Virus record (IMG/VR): IMGVR_UViG_3300032254_000001
Coordinates: 280,484 to 344,483 of that record
DNA length: 64,000 nucleotides
Reading direction: 5' to 3' (one strand)
From: a virus
Lineage: Duplodnaviria > Caudoviricetes
The translations under genes and the position numbers were made by a program. The notes under the pieces are model-generated. The model worked only from the letters and a program-made list of their open reading frames with translations. It was not told the origin of the DNA and did not search any database. This document shows positions 20,901 through 30,391 of the stretch, one piece after another (within the stretch, counting starts at the first letter, position 1; every line of letters begins with the position of its first letter).

Positions 20901-23900
20901 TTTGTAGATGAAGACGATGTAGATATTGCAGTCTTTAATATATCGGAAATAGATGTTACTGAAGACATAAGCGAAGGTACATTAATATGGGTAGCAAACG
21001 ATACACCAACTGATTGGAATGTATACCGCATAGTTAAACTAGACCCATTGGTAGTTAGTGCAACTGACAACCTTAACGGTACGTTAACTCTTACAACTAA
21101 CATCGCACATAATTTAGTAGTAGACGACACGGTTGTCGTTGCTGACTTCAGTGACGTAGTTGACGGCACTCACAAAGTATTAGGATACTACGACGATGTT
21201 AACATTGTTATTGCAGGCGAGTTAGATGTAAATCAAACTTGTATATTAGACAAGCATGGTTCGTTGTTACAATTTGAATCAGCGCGTGTTGATGTTCCTA
21301 GTGACATAGCAGGTTCTGTATTTGATAACATTATTTTCTCAACTGATAAAGTTTGGGTTTCGAATGATAACGATAAGACAGCAACATACGTTAAAACAAG
21401 TCCGTTCACATTAACTAGAGATGAAGTTAATCCAAATGGTACAGCGGCTGAGTTCGGCTATAGTGTGTCACAAGGCTATGCTAACACAGGCTTATTAGTT
21501 GGTGATCCAGTTAATGACATTGTACACCTGTACAAGAAAGAAGGCAGAGCTGACTACATACAAAGCGCGGCATTAACATTAAGCAATAACCCAAACATTT
21601 TACGTTACGGTAATGATGTAACATTAATAGAATCATGGGGTGCGGTAACTGCACCGGGCGATGCTAGCACACCGGGTATAGTAGCAATTATAAAACGTGA
21701 TAGAGTCTTAGACTATATTGTTGAAACGCAGATACTTGTTAGCCCGACACCGGTTGTCAACGATGGCTTCGGCACAAGTGTCGCAATGAGCAAAGACGAG
21801 AATTGGGTGTACGTTGGTGAACCAGCAAGCAACCAAGTTCATGCATACCAGAAAAAAGATTACCAAGCGCAATCTGCTACATATGCAACTGATGGAGTTT
21901 CACAAGAGTACGACATATCAAATGATATTATAGTTGATGCAGCAAGTGAAGTTATTGTAATGTTAGATGATGTGTTAGTGCCTGTGGGCGATTACACATA
22001 CAGCAGTCCAAATATTGTATTAAATGATTTACCAGACGACGGCAGTGTTGTTAGCATTGCACGAAGAGATGCAGTAGCTTACGACGGTGATACCATTGAA
22101 GACACATTCTCAGTAGCTGATCTTTATGCACTTGATGGAATAGACTCTGTAGTAGTTGCGGTAAGCGGTGCTATACAGCGTCCAGTATTAGACTATACAT
22201 TAACAGGTACTGACATTGTATTTACAACACCACCAGCAGCTGGCACCACTAATGTTGTAATTTCGCTAGCTACTACGTTTAGATATGTTGATACAATAGA
22301 CGACAGCATTGATGGAATTACATTAGCTGGCACTGATCGTTTTGGTGCTGAACTTGAAGTAACTGAGAACAGTAGTCACATTGTTATTACTGCACCGGGC
22401 ACAGACTCAGATGCAGGCAATGCATATATCCTTAATAGGGTTGTTGAGCGTTTTGTAGTTACTCCAGATAATGTATCAGGCTTAACAGTTGGGCCAACTA
22501 TTAGAACACCACTTGGTTCAGTGAACAACAATGGTACACAGTTAATTCCATCTGGTCCAACACTAAACCCAGATTATGAAATTACTGGTAATGATGTAAC
22601 ATTCCTTAATGCAGGTACTATTCAAACTGGTGACTTCTTAGATGTTGATACAACCGAGTTTAAATTAATTCAAGTTGTTGCCGCAGCTACACCAACAGCG
22701 GGTGCAACATTTGGTAACTCTGTAACTATATGTAAAACAAAATGTTCTGTTTACTTTGGTGCACCTGACGACTTAAGTGGTGCTGGTAGTGTTACACGAT
22801 ACATTAACGGTCCACGAATAACTAGCTACATTACAAGTACAGTGATAGATCCAACTATACCTGCTAGCAGTTCAATTAGAATTAATAACGTCGAAGTACC
22901 TATTAGTGGCACATCGCAGGATGTTGCTGACACTATTAATGCAACAACACTTCCAAACGTTTCTGCATCAGCACCAGGCGGTTACTTAACAATCGAATTG
23001 AATAATAAAGAAATACAATCAATTGCTAACAGATTGGATATACTACCGGGTGAAAATGTATCACTTGAAACATTAGGATTGGATCCGTACTACATCGGAC
23101 AAACACTTACAAGTCCAGTTGAAGCTACACAGGATCAATATTTTGGTAGTTCGTTGCACATCGATCTTAATATAAATCAATTAGTTGTTGGTGCACCAGG
23201 CGGCAATGTATTGCACGATAACACAGCAACAGCAGACACCACTAAAACAACGTCTGACAGTGGCACGACAGCAGATGCAGCTACTACAGTCGTAGGCGGT
23301 GGTGCTGTTTATACATACGATTTATTAACAGACGGCTCTATCTTTACACCAGGTAAATTAGTATTCGGACAACAGCTATACGATACTAATATTACAACAG
23401 GTGATAGTTTTGGTAATGCGGTTAGTTTAGTAGACGGTATACTAGTTGTTGGATCGGTTGATTACGATACAGACATAGGCCGTGTTGTTATATTTGGTAA
23501 CGAATCAAATGCATTTTCATGGCAGGCAACTAACGTTCAGAACGATACAGTTGATGTTGAATTAATTAATTCATCGTACATTTATGATTCTGCAACGCTT
23601 GGTGTGTCTCGTTACTTAGATTACATTGATCCGTTAAACGGCAAGATTTTAGGCGCAGCAAATCAGAATATTGATTATACTACAGCATACGATCCAACAG
23701 TGTACAATGATACGAACGTAGGATTACTTTGGGGACGTGAACAAGTTGGAAAGATTTGGTGGAACATTACATCAATTCGTTTCTTAGACTACAACCTAGG
23801 TGATGCTAAACATGCTAGCAGAGTGTGGGGTAAAATATTCCCAGGCAGCTCTGTTGATGTTTATCAGTGGGTTGAGAGCACCGTGCCACCAGAAGAATAC

Positions 23901-26900
23901 ACAGGCACAGGCACTGTATACGATACAACTAAATTTGTTACTATTGCAGAAATTGATAGATCAGGCATTATACAAAATAGTTACTTCTTCTGGGTTAACA
24001 AAGTTGAGACTATCAGCACCAACTCTGAAAAGACATTAAGTGCAAGTGCAATTGCATCGTACATTGAATCACCTGCAAGTTCAGGTATATCGTATGCGGC
24101 CTTTGTTGCACAGAATACAATTAGTTTATATAACTGCAAGGATATAATTCAAAACGCAGAAACCGTATTGTACATTGAATACGATAAGATTAAAAATGAT
24201 AACAACGTATTTGTTGAATACGATCTCTACCGTGAAAGTCATCCAACAGATGTACTGTCAGATGGACTGTATAAGAAATTCCAAGACAGCCTATGTGGTG
24301 TTGACACACTAGGTAACTTAGTACCTGACACAGGGTTAAGCACCGCAGATAGATATGGTATTGATTTCCGTCCACGTAAGTCAATGTTTATTGATAGGTA
24401 TGCAGCATTAGCAAGTTACATGAAAAAAGTAAACGGTATACTTGCCAAGCACACAATTGCAGAAGCACAATCATATCCACTACTTGATAGCGAAGAACCA
24501 ATTCCAACAGAAGCATCGGGTGAATGGGATCAGCGTATATTCAATGAAGAAGAATTATCGTTCCAGGACTTAGCGATTGTTCCTGAAGGCTACACATATC
24601 TATTAGAAACAGATACAGCTAACGGTGGCCTGTGGGCTATATACGAAGTAACAGCGGCTAAGACACTACAGCTTAAGCGTGTACAGAGCTACGACACTAA
24701 ACGTTTTTGGAGTCGCGAACACTGGTACGCAGAAGGCTTCAGCCCATTTGCTAAAGTAGATTATGTTGTTAACGAACTTAGCGATCTAACTACATTAAAC
24801 GGTGTTGAAAATAATGCCGTTGCTAAGGTAGTTAGTAACAGTACAAGTGAATGGGAAATCCATCAATTTATCGACAGCGAGTGGGTTAGAGTAGCACTAG
24901 AGAATGGTACTATGCAATTCGACGAACGTCTTTGGAACTATGAACTAGGACGTTATGGTTGGGACGTTGAGGTGTTCGACGCACAGAACTCAGACGAAGA
25001 ACCTGTTATTGAACTACGTCAAATCATTAGATCAATCAACGAAGAATTATTAGTTGGCAACTTATCAGTTGAGCGAAGCACTGCAACATTGTCTGTGTTT
25101 AGCTACATACTAGCAGAACAGCCACATGTTGATTGGTTATACAAAACAAGTTTAATTGACGTAACACAAAAAGTACGTAGCTTGTCGCAGTACGCGGTTT
25201 ATCAGAAAGATAACCAGGATTACCTAAGCGACTATATTAAAGAGTCTAAGCCTTACCACACTAAAGTTAAAGACTTCTTACTAAGCTACAACGGCATCGA
25301 CTATGTAAACGGTAATGTTTCAGACTTTGATTGTCCGTCTACTTACGACTCCGATCACGATCAGTTTATTAGTCCTATCTTAGACGATGGTGCAACTCTT
25401 GTAACTGATCCAAGCAACAAGTTAGCTACAGATGAGATATGGCAGACAGCTCCGTGGGACCAGTGGTACGATAATTACCGCTTAACTATCGACAGTGTAT
25501 TAATTACTAATCCTGGTACAGGTTATACATCTGCACCAACTGTTACAGTAACAGGTACAAGTGTAGTGCCAGCAACGTTATCAGCTAGAGTTGGTAGCGG
25601 TGGTACAATAGCTGAAATCATTATCGACGATCCAGGCAGCGGTTACTTAGACACTCCTGTTATTACATTCAGCGGCGGTAACGGCACAGACGTTACCGCA
25701 TTAGCCGTAATGGATAACAAGCTAGTAAGATCAATGGATGTAACTGTTAAGTACGACAGATATTGGGATTCAGATGAAGAAGGCCGTATCACCGAGCTTG
25801 GAGTTGTTACATGGGAAGCAGACGAAGCTTATACCGCTGGTCAACTTGTAAAAGTTATTAATGCAGTATACAGAATTGTAGACGAAGATCCAGCAGCAAC
25901 ATTTAACCCTGCGTTACATGAGTTAGTTGATATTGAATCACTTAGTGGTTTAGATCGTACCACTGGATACTATGTATCAGACGTTAACAAGCCTGGCTTA
26001 GATTTATCATTGCTTATTAAAGGCATTGCATACCCAGGTGTTGAAGTTGACGGTGTCGGCTTTGATCAAAACACAGGTATTGATATATCACCATTTGATA
26101 CAAGTCCATTTGATAACTTTGATATCGGCCCAGAGGGCTTCCCCACTTACAGTGACGAGATAATCGATACTATATACGAAAGCTCATTCTTAGATACATA
26201 TTTAGGAACACGCCCAACTGATATTAACGTAGGCGGCGGTGCATTCATAGACACTTATCATTCACATGCTCCTGAAGAGTTAGTGCCAGGTGCAATATTT
26301 GATACGCTTGATATTAAAGTGTTTGGCCGTCCTGGTTCGGATTACTTAAGTGACGGTCATGCGTTTGACATACAGGGCCAAGTATATAAAGCAAATGGTC
26401 CAATTCAATCGTTCTCGTTTGAGGATCTAGCAGCACATCCAATTAAGGTATTAGTTGCAAATGTTACGACTGGTACATCAATGTACGAAGGCATAGACTT
26501 TACAGTTGATTGGCCAAACCAGAATGTTCTAATTACGTCTGGTGTAGTAGCGGGCGACGATGTTAAGCTATTTGTATACGAAATAGGCGGCGGTAATCAA
26601 TTACACAGAGGCGTATTACGAGGCACTGATATTGCAGCAGATACATTTAATGTACCAGTACGCAATAGTGAAATTTACGAATCAATTATATTTGTAAACG
26701 GAGTAGAGACTGCGGTAACTACAGCACACATTGACAACCAAACAGCGGCAGTGACATTACCGTCTGCTCCAGTTAACACTGACTTTATTACAGTAACTAT
26801 ATTTGGTACATCTGTTCCGCAGCGTGAGGAGAGCTATCCTGTTACTCAAACATTTGTTGCAGGCACTGACACTCCAGATGCAGGTGCAGAACTTGAAGGT

Positions 26901-28100
26901 AAGAACAGACACAATGCAATCGTTGAAGTTAACGGATTAAGATTGCGTCCAGCAGAAGTTGCAAGACACACAGCAGACGGCGTTGGAGCAGATTTCTTCA
27001 TGCCATTAACAGGTGGATACTTATTTGACAATGTAGCAGACAACGAAGTTGACGTGTACGTTAACAATGAATTACTTACACAAACACTTGATTTTTCAGT
27101 TAGCCCTCCATCGCCAAGTCCATCATTATTTGGAACAGCGGTGTTTGGCACAGACGTATTTACTAGCCCATCAGGAAATACACCACGCTTTGTTACATTA
27201 TTCACAACTCCAAGCGATGGAGACATAGTTGAAGTTTATGTTAGACATGCTGCTGATTATTGGTGGACTGGCGATGTAGTTGATTTTAATGTTGCTCCTA
27301 CACCGGGCGATCTTATTGCAGTTACAACATTCAAGGATGTTAGCGAGCTAGGTATCTTTACACAAGTATTTGAAGGCCCAACACTTATACAAGAACAGCA
27401 ACAAGATTTATTTGATGGACTTGGATTTGACACAGCGGCATTTGATCTAGAGTTAGGTGTTAATAGCAGTATAAACCTATTTACATCCGACAGAGATATT
27501 ATTGCAAATGCAGGCCGCTTATGGGTAACAGTAAACGGAGAACGTCTACATTCGGGTACAGGATATGAGGTAGTCAATGACAACCAAATACTTCTTACTA
27601 TTCCTGTGATACAACCAACTGATGTAGTAGCGGTAACAACCATTACAGATAACGTTATAACAAACGGTGCGAACTTTAGACTGTTTAAAGATATGCGTGA
27701 TAGTGTTGGCATGTATAAAATGTCAGCTAGTACATCAACATACTTGACGCAGGATTTAGCAGAGACAGATGATATCATACATGTAGCAGATGCAAGTGTA
27801 CTTGGGCAGCCAAGTCTAGCAATTGCAAAATTTGGTATCTTAATTGTTAACGGCGAGCGTATTACATACAGAGAACGTGACTTAGTAGCTAACACAGTTA
27901 GTGGTTTACGTCGTGGTACAGCTGGTACTGGTGTGCCAGAGTTACATACTGCTACAGATGTGGTAACGGACGTTAGTGCTAAGAGTTTCGTCCAATGGGA
28001 TTATGATACAATATGGTACGAGCAGGGCTCAACAACGGCAAGCAACGGTATTCCGCTGCAAGACCAGACAACAAGCCCAGCATTGTTCATTAAAAAGTAG
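14979..28100 (+). CDS. Giant baseplate/virion structural protein (gp7 position), 4373 aa
   Basis: Follows gp6; FG-GAP-like motifs (FGYSVS, FGTSVA, FGNSVT, FGNAVS), repeated V.V.G...DYT beta-sandwich units, NPGTGYTSAPTVT repeats. Confidence 0.75.
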   Translation: MARIRSIDFLPEIFQTPTNEKFLNSTLDQLIQEPKLKQTQGYIGARTAPGKLETDGYITEITDRRSNYQLEPGVIFKDENGGTVDALTYMGLLDGLDTSGSNVENHDRLFKSETYSWSPFIEFDKFVNYSQYFWLPSGPDSVDVAASSVLLTNDFDITANDETYSIDGFTIENPVITVLRGGAYDFNVNQNGSPFYIQTHPGTDGTVPWADNISSREIIGVTNNGDDNGTITFNVPQSDAQSFYYNLPDIGNVDLATTVRMDSIADQLLSDVVTVSGIQSIDNMTIVFLDDTPGDAVDLGWVNGGVPLTAQEDRYQIFRIFLEDVLGEIYIRLIPIQPITIFEKFTILYGADYSNISFFKDSDGYFDQVPLDTASLDTLYYQDAVNPDRFGIINVVDQESSATLDVDAILGRTDYTSPNGVIFTNGLKVKFRGEVSPAEYSDEEYYVEGVGTSIRLVLTSDLQVPETYAKSFTSPWDISGWDTEGLDGTLNAPLDLDYITINRSSLDKNAWSRSNRWFHLDVIKATAEYNNTVVNVDNNNRATRPIIEFDADLRLFNYGTNGKQLVNIIDFVITDALSTINGSLGYTVDGYKLSEGSRVIFANDADPSIRDKIFVVELIDPTNSGTDTLNLVEAADADSEENDIVIVATGIEQQGKVFTYDGTSWVESQAKTSVNQPPLFDIFDRDGYSLSEFTAYPSTTFTGSKLFSYSEGTGSSDPVLGFPLSYLNIDNLGDIVFENNMYTDTFLYVEDNVSNENSPISEGFARKYNTRTEYTNEIGWVTSIENSRQAQVIEMAYAGEPIELDILPESDLLIPAVRITADGTFITPGEYTVVDNIITFISDIADGAALEIKVISNEISASGYYEVPTNLSSNMFNKNTSLLTLGTIRNHYNNLSQNVLDITGDINGANNLRDLGDISKYGNLIVQQSSPLALAAMFMRNKEYNFFGSVKFASRQYDKFKSQLIDWVEKHDVYDLTVSEILDAAFKDINTGKNFESAFYWSDMLPTGSDYETTEYTVTAISTNTFATLKSYDFLNANTLALLVYHNGTLLIKDTDYTVATDGARIEILIDTDVDDVITINEYNTTLGSNVPSTPTKLGLYPKYKPTIFTDNTYVNPIDVIRGHDGSITTSFGKNSEGGNDIRDLVLLEFEKRVYNNIKVNDIIPIEPSDILPGAFRDTDYEGSEVIDVLSPSLLSWLGWNRIDFKTQDYNKAEEKTWNYSSSTSKIDGAQITQGNWRGIYTYFYDTDAPHERPWEMVGLTERPDWWEQRYGPAPYTSGNLVLWDDMEAGLINEPGNERAIDKYKRPGLTSILPVNSEGILVMPLESVIAGYSAYDFKKTWKIGDIAPAEAAWRKSSAYPFAMQTLYALTKPAQYFALMADRDRYVYDTDFEQYLYDSRHRLDAHNIEILDENLVKHSYINWIIDYNKYFGYESLGKLKTDLSNLDVNLCHHMASFTDKNNLKIFTDKSSPDSTNNSLLLPDESFNLLLYKNQPAEEITYSSIIVQKVDTGYSVIGNSFTDPYFKIQASIDTGRFDTIKVGRTETTSTTVRVPLDFRDEVQYIPYGHIYTSKQAVAEFIASYNQYLVRSGLKFDTYENTQPVDWTQMVQEFVYWSDQGWDVNSIINLNPAASTLEFERELHIVDDLNNLELTEQPLNQNREPLDISDYAVDRIDNNFKIRMLDDNVISYLKFNLTSFEHLLVLDNTSIFNDLIYDPVTGVRQHRVKLFGFTTYEWNGQLDAQGFLYNEDNVTEWVTTGSYNKGNIVKFKNSYWSASEKVQPSETFDFSQWIKTDYNSINKGLLPNIATKADQQLQYYNNKTANLETDIDLFAYGLTGFRSRDYLQSLDLDDISQVNIYSDMIENKGTSKSLNLFKDVELNNEAVDYTIFENWAIKRAQYGATSSRSFIELKLDQDELTSSPGLIEIVDSVADESVADLLIPVSQIFKQSEKNTDKNILPVVVQKNTDTSLPSAGFVDEDDVDIAVFNISEIDVTEDISEGTLIWVANDTPTDWNVYRIVKLDPLVVSATDNLNGTLTLTTNIAHNLVVDDTVVVADFSDVVDGTHKVLGYYDDVNIVIAGELDVNQTCILDKHGSLLQFESARVDVPSDIAGSVFDNIIFSTDKVWVSNDNDKTATYVKTSPFTLTRDEVNPNGTAAEFGYSVSQGYANTGLLVGDPVNDIVHLYKKEGRADYIQSAALTLSNNPNILRYGNDVTLIESWGAVTAPGDASTPGIVAIIKRDRVLDYIVETQILVSPTPVVNDGFGTSVAMSKDENWVYVGEPASNQVHAYQKKDYQAQSATYATDGVSQEYDISNDIIVDAASEVIVMLDDVLVPVGDYTYSSPNIVLNDLPDDGSVVSIARRDAVAYDGDTIEDTFSVADLYALDGIDSVVVAVSGAIQRPVLDYTLTGTDIVFTTPPAAGTTNVVISLATTFRYVDTIDDSIDGITLAGTDRFGAELEVTENSSHIVITAPGTDSDAGNAYILNRVVERFVVTPDNVSGLTVGPTIRTPLGSVNNNGTQLIPSGPTLNPDYEITGNDVTFLNAGTIQTGDFLDVDTTEFKLIQVVAAATPTAGATFGNSVTICKTKCSVYFGAPDDLSGAGSVTRYINGPRITSYITSTVIDPTIPASSSIRINNVEVPISGTSQDVADTINATTLPNVSASAPGGYLTIELNNKEIQSIANRLDILPGENVSLETLGLDPYYIGQTLTSPVEATQDQYFGSSLHIDLNINQLVVGAPGGNVLHDNTATADTTKTTSDSGTTADAATTVVGGGAVYTYDLLTDGSIFTPGKLVFGQQLYDTNITTGDSFGNAVSLVDGILVVGSVDYDTDIGRVVIFGNESNAFSWQATNVQNDTVDVELINSSYIYDSATLGVSRYLDYIDPLNGKILGAANQNIDYTTAYDPTVYNDTNVGLLWGREQVGKIWWNITSIRFLDYNLGDAKHASRVWGKIFPGSSVDVYQWVESTVPPEEYTGTGTVYDTTKFVTIAEIDRSGIIQNSYFFWVNKVETISTNSEKTLSASAIASYIESPASSGISYAAFVAQNTISLYNCKDIIQNAETVLYIEYDKIKNDNNVFVEYDLYRESHPTDVLSDGLYKKFQDSLCGVDTLGNLVPDTGLSTADRYGIDFRPRKSMFIDRYAALASYMKKVNGILAKHTIAEAQSYPLLDSEEPIPTEASGEWDQRIFNEEELSFQDLAIVPEGYTYLLETDTANGGLWAIYEVTAAKTLQLKRVQSYDTKRFWSREHWYAEGFSPFAKVDYVVNELSDLTTLNGVENNAVAKVVSNSTSEWEIHQFIDSEWVRVALENGTMQFDERLWNYELGRYGWDVEVFDAQNSDEEPVIELRQIIRSINEELLVGNLSVERSTATLSVFSYILAEQPHVDWLYKTSLIDVTQKVRSLSQYAVYQKDNQDYLSDYIKESKPYHTKVKDFLLSYNGIDYVNGNVSDFDCPSTYDSDHDQFISPILDDGATLVTDPSNKLATDEIWQTAPWDQWYDNYRLTIDSVLITNPGTGYTSAPTVTVTGTSVVPATLSARVGSGGTIAEIIIDDPGSGYLDTPVITFSGGNGTDVTALAVMDNKLVRSMDVTVKYDRYWDSDEEGRITELGVVTWEADEAYTAGQLVKVINAVYRIVDEDPAATFNPALHELVDIESLSGLDRTTGYYVSDVNKPGLDLSLLIKGIAYPGVEVDGVGFDQNTGIDISPFDTSPFDNFDIGPEGFPTYSDEIIDTIYESSFLDTYLGTRPTDINVGGGAFIDTYHSHAPEELVPGAIFDTLDIKVFGRPGSDYLSDGHAFDIQGQVYKANGPIQSFSFEDLAAHPIKVLVANVTTGTSMYEGIDFTVDWPNQNVLITSGVVAGDDVKLFVYEIGGGNQLHRGVLRGTDIAADTFNVPVRNSEIYESIIFVNGVETAVTTAHIDNQTAAVTLPSAPVNTDFITVTIFGTSVPQREESYPVTQTFVAGTDTPDAGAELEGKNRHNAIVEVNGLRLRPAEVARHTADGVGADFFMPLTGGYLFDNVADNEVDVYVNNELLTQTLDFSVSPPSPSPSLFGTAVFGTDVFTSPSGNTPRFVTLFTTPSDGDIVEVYVRHAADYWWTGDVVDFNVAPTPGDLIAVTTFKDVSELGIFTQVFEGPTLIQEQQQDLFDGLGFDTAAFDLELGVNSSINLFTSDRDIIANAGRLWVTVNGERLHSGTGYEVVNDNQILLTIPVIQPTDVVAVTTITDNVITNGANFRLFKDMRDSVGMYKMSASTSTYLTQDLAETDDIIHVADASVLGQPSLAIAKFGILIVNGERITYRERDLVANTVSGLRRGTAGTGVPELHTATDVVTDVSAKSFVQWDYDTIWYEQGSTTASNGIPLQDQTTSPALFIKK

Positions 28101-28131
28101 GGCTTTTAAAAGTAGGTAAATAATAGCTATT

Positions 28132-28266
28132 ATGCAGAGTGATGAAACAGAAAACAAAGAAAACGAGAAGAAGCCGGACGACGAAGGCCAAATCTTAGTG
28201 GATGAACATATTAAGATTTTTGATCCAAATTCTGGCGAAGTGCTAGTTAACAAGAGAGAGACATAA
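28132..28266 (+). CDS. 44-aa mini-protein paralogous to the N-terminus of the next gene
   Basis: MQSDETENKENEKKPDDEGQILVDEHIKIFDPNSGEVLVNKRET*; TAATG overlap with 28266; TAAATA at 28117-28122. Confidence 0.7.
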   Translation: MQSDETENKENEKKPDDEGQILVDEHIKIFDPNSGEVLVNKRET

Positions 28267-28871
28267 TGTTTGACAAAGGTAACTTAAAAATAACAGGGCA
28301 CATCAAAGTATTTGACCCAGTCACGAAGGAAGTCTTTGAAGACAAAAAGAATGCTATTCATTATGAAAACTTCTCTGAGTCTTTAGCGTATTCTTTAGCG
28401 AACAAAGATAGTGGACAAATTTACCAAATGTCGTTTGGTAACGGTGGAACCAGCGTTGATCCAACAGGTGTAATTACATACTTGCCTGCTAACTCAACAG
28501 GTCAAAATGCCGATTTATACAACGAAACATATTCTAAAGTGGTTGATGATAATTCAACTGCTAATACAGATACAGCAAGAAACAACCTAACAGTTATGCA
28601 TACAAGTGGTAAAGTTTACACTGACATACTAGTTAGCTGTTTACTTGACTACGGTGAGCCAAACGGCCAGCAAGCATTTGATAATAGCACCCAACTTGAC
28701 GGTGATTTTGTGTTTGATGAACTAGGCCTTAAAAGCTGGTACGGTAGTGCTGAAGAATTGAAACTTATTACTCACGTAGTATTTCATCCAATTCAGAAGG
28801 CGTTAAACCGTCAAATACAAATAGACTATACAGTTCGTATTCAAACTCTTACAAACTTGAGTACTACCTAA
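28266..28871 (+). CDS. Virion structural protein (baseplate wedge / fibre-attachment type)
   Basis: NAIHYEN...MSFGNGGT...FDELGL...THVVFHPIQKALNR; between baseplate and fibre genes. Confidence 0.55.
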   Translation: MFDKGNLKITGHIKVFDPVTKEVFEDKKNAIHYENFSESLAYSLANKDSGQIYQMSFGNGGTSVDPTGVITYLPANSTGQNADLYNETYSKVVDDNSTANTDTARNNLTVMHTSGKVYTDILVSCLLDYGEPNGQQAFDNSTQLDGDFVFDELGLKSWYGSAEELKLITHVVFHPIQKALNRQIQIDYTVRIQTLTNLSTT

Positions 28872-28893
28872 TGAAAATTTATAGTGACAATAG

Positions 28894-28901
28894 CATAAAT
28901 A
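28894..28901 (+). promoter_or_regulatory. Late promoter motif CATAAATA
   Basis: In intergenic gap before tail fibre gene. Confidence 0.65.
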
Positions 28902-28930
28902 CAAACAATATATTACAGGAAGCATAAATC

Positions 28931-30391
28931 ATGGCGTATACCATAAATCTTACAAACGGTTCTATCTTTGCAACAGTTTCAGATGGAACAATCAATACCG
29001 ACAGTAGCGTTACTGTTATTGGTAAAAACTACGCTGGTTATGGCGAATTCTTAGGTGAAAACTTTTTAAGAATGCTTGAAAACAGCGCAAACCCAACAGC
29101 ACCAGCTAACCCTCTTAGAGGCCAGTTATGGTACGATTCAAGCGCGAGCTTGCTTAAGGTTTATAACGGTTCATCATTTAAGGACTTAGGCTCAACTACT
29201 TCACAATCATCAGCACCAGCATCAAACGTAGTTGGCGACATGTGGTTTGACACATTAAATTCACAATTAAATATTTGGGACGGAACTCAATTTATTTTAG
29301 TTGGTGGTAGTGCAGGTGTTGGTATTGGTGCTTCGGGTTCAATCGTTGACACTATTACAGACAGCATTGCAGTAGACCACGTTGTAGTTAAGATGTTCGT
29401 TGATGACGATCTTGTAGCTATAATGAGTAAAGATGCAGCGTTTACACCAGCAACACCAATTACAGGATTTGCTTCAACAATTTCCCCTGGCATGCAATTG
29501 GCTTTAACAATAGCAGGACAGGTTCCACTCTTTGTGGGCGACGCCACTAATGCTCAAACACTTGACGGCATTGATAGCACTGGATTTTTAAGTGCTGTCG
29601 GAGACGACAATACAAGTGGACAGATAGGCATTATCAACGATAACGGATTAACGGTTGGTGCAGACGGGGATGCAAAACTTAAGGTTGTTGCAGACGATGT
29701 AATACTTGGTAACATTACACTTAACGGTGATGTAGTTCTTCAAGTTAATGACGGTGGTGTAACAACTTCAGTTATTACTTGTGATGGAGCTAGCGGTCGT
29801 GCTAGAGTTGCTGCACCACTTGCATCAACTGATGTAGCTAATAAAGATTATGTTGATACTTCAGCAGTTAGACTAGACGGTAGCAACGATATCACTGGTG
29901 TAATAAATCCAGCAACAGATGGTCTTATTGATTTAGGTGAAGCTCTTAAACAGTTTGCTACTATACATGCTGTTACATTTAGCGGACAAGCTACTACAGC
30001 TCAGTACGCAGATTTGGCAGAACGCTTCCACGCAGATACAGCAATGGCGCCTGGTACAGTAGTACAGTTAGGCGGTATAGCAGAAATAACAAAAGCGGAC
30101 AACGATTTATCTGATGATGTCTTCGGTGTTATAAGTACTAATGCTGCATTTTTAATGAATGCAGATGCAGGCCAAGACGAAACTCATCCTCCAGTAGCGA
30201 TGAGTGGTAGGGTGCCAGTTAGGGTAATTGGTAAGATTGTTAAAGGCGAACGTTTAGTTTCTGCAGGTAACGGTCTTGCTAGAGCGGCGTTACTATCCGA
30301 AATGACTTCATTTAATGTGATTGGTAGAGCTTTAGAAAACAAAACAACAGATGGTGAAGGCGTAATTGAAGCGTTCGTTACTGTCAACTAA
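28931..30391 (+). CDS. Tail fibre protein with C-terminal autocleaving chaperone-like domain
   Basis: N-terminal GKNYAGYGE...PANPLRGQLWYD; C-terminal AQYADLAERF...GVISTNAAFLMN...PVAMSGRVPVRV. Confidence 0.75.
   Translation: MAYTINLTNGSIFATVSDGTINTDSSVTVIGKNYAGYGEFLGENFLRMLENSANPTAPANPLRGQLWYDSSASLLKVYNGSSFKDLGSTTSQSSAPASNVVGDMWFDTLNSQLNIWDGTQFILVGGSAGVGIGASGSIVDTITDSIAVDHVVVKMFVDDDLVAIMSKDAAFTPATPITGFASTISPGMQLALTIAGQVPLFVGDATNAQTLDGIDSTGFLSAVGDDNTSGQIGIINDNGLTVGADGDAKLKVVADDVILGNITLNGDVVLQVNDGGVTTSVITCDGASGRARVAAPLASTDVANKDYVDTSAVRLDGSNDITGVINPATDGLIDLGEALKQFATIHAVTFSGQATTAQYADLAERFHADTAMAPGTVVQLGGIAEITKADNDLSDDVFGVISTNAAFLMNADAGQDETHPPVAMSGRVPVRVIGKIVKGERLVSAGNGLARAALLSEMTSFNVIGRALENKTTDGEGVIEAFVTVN

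Noticed and set aside
14979-28100. Intein, intron or fused-gene artefact explaining the 4373-aa ORF
   Set aside because: No intein end motifs or homing endonuclease signature seen; composition uniformly structural
13220-30387. Many minus-strand ORFs of 60-212 aa across the structural module
   Set aside because: Antisense to long, motif-rich structural genes; no SD or motifs
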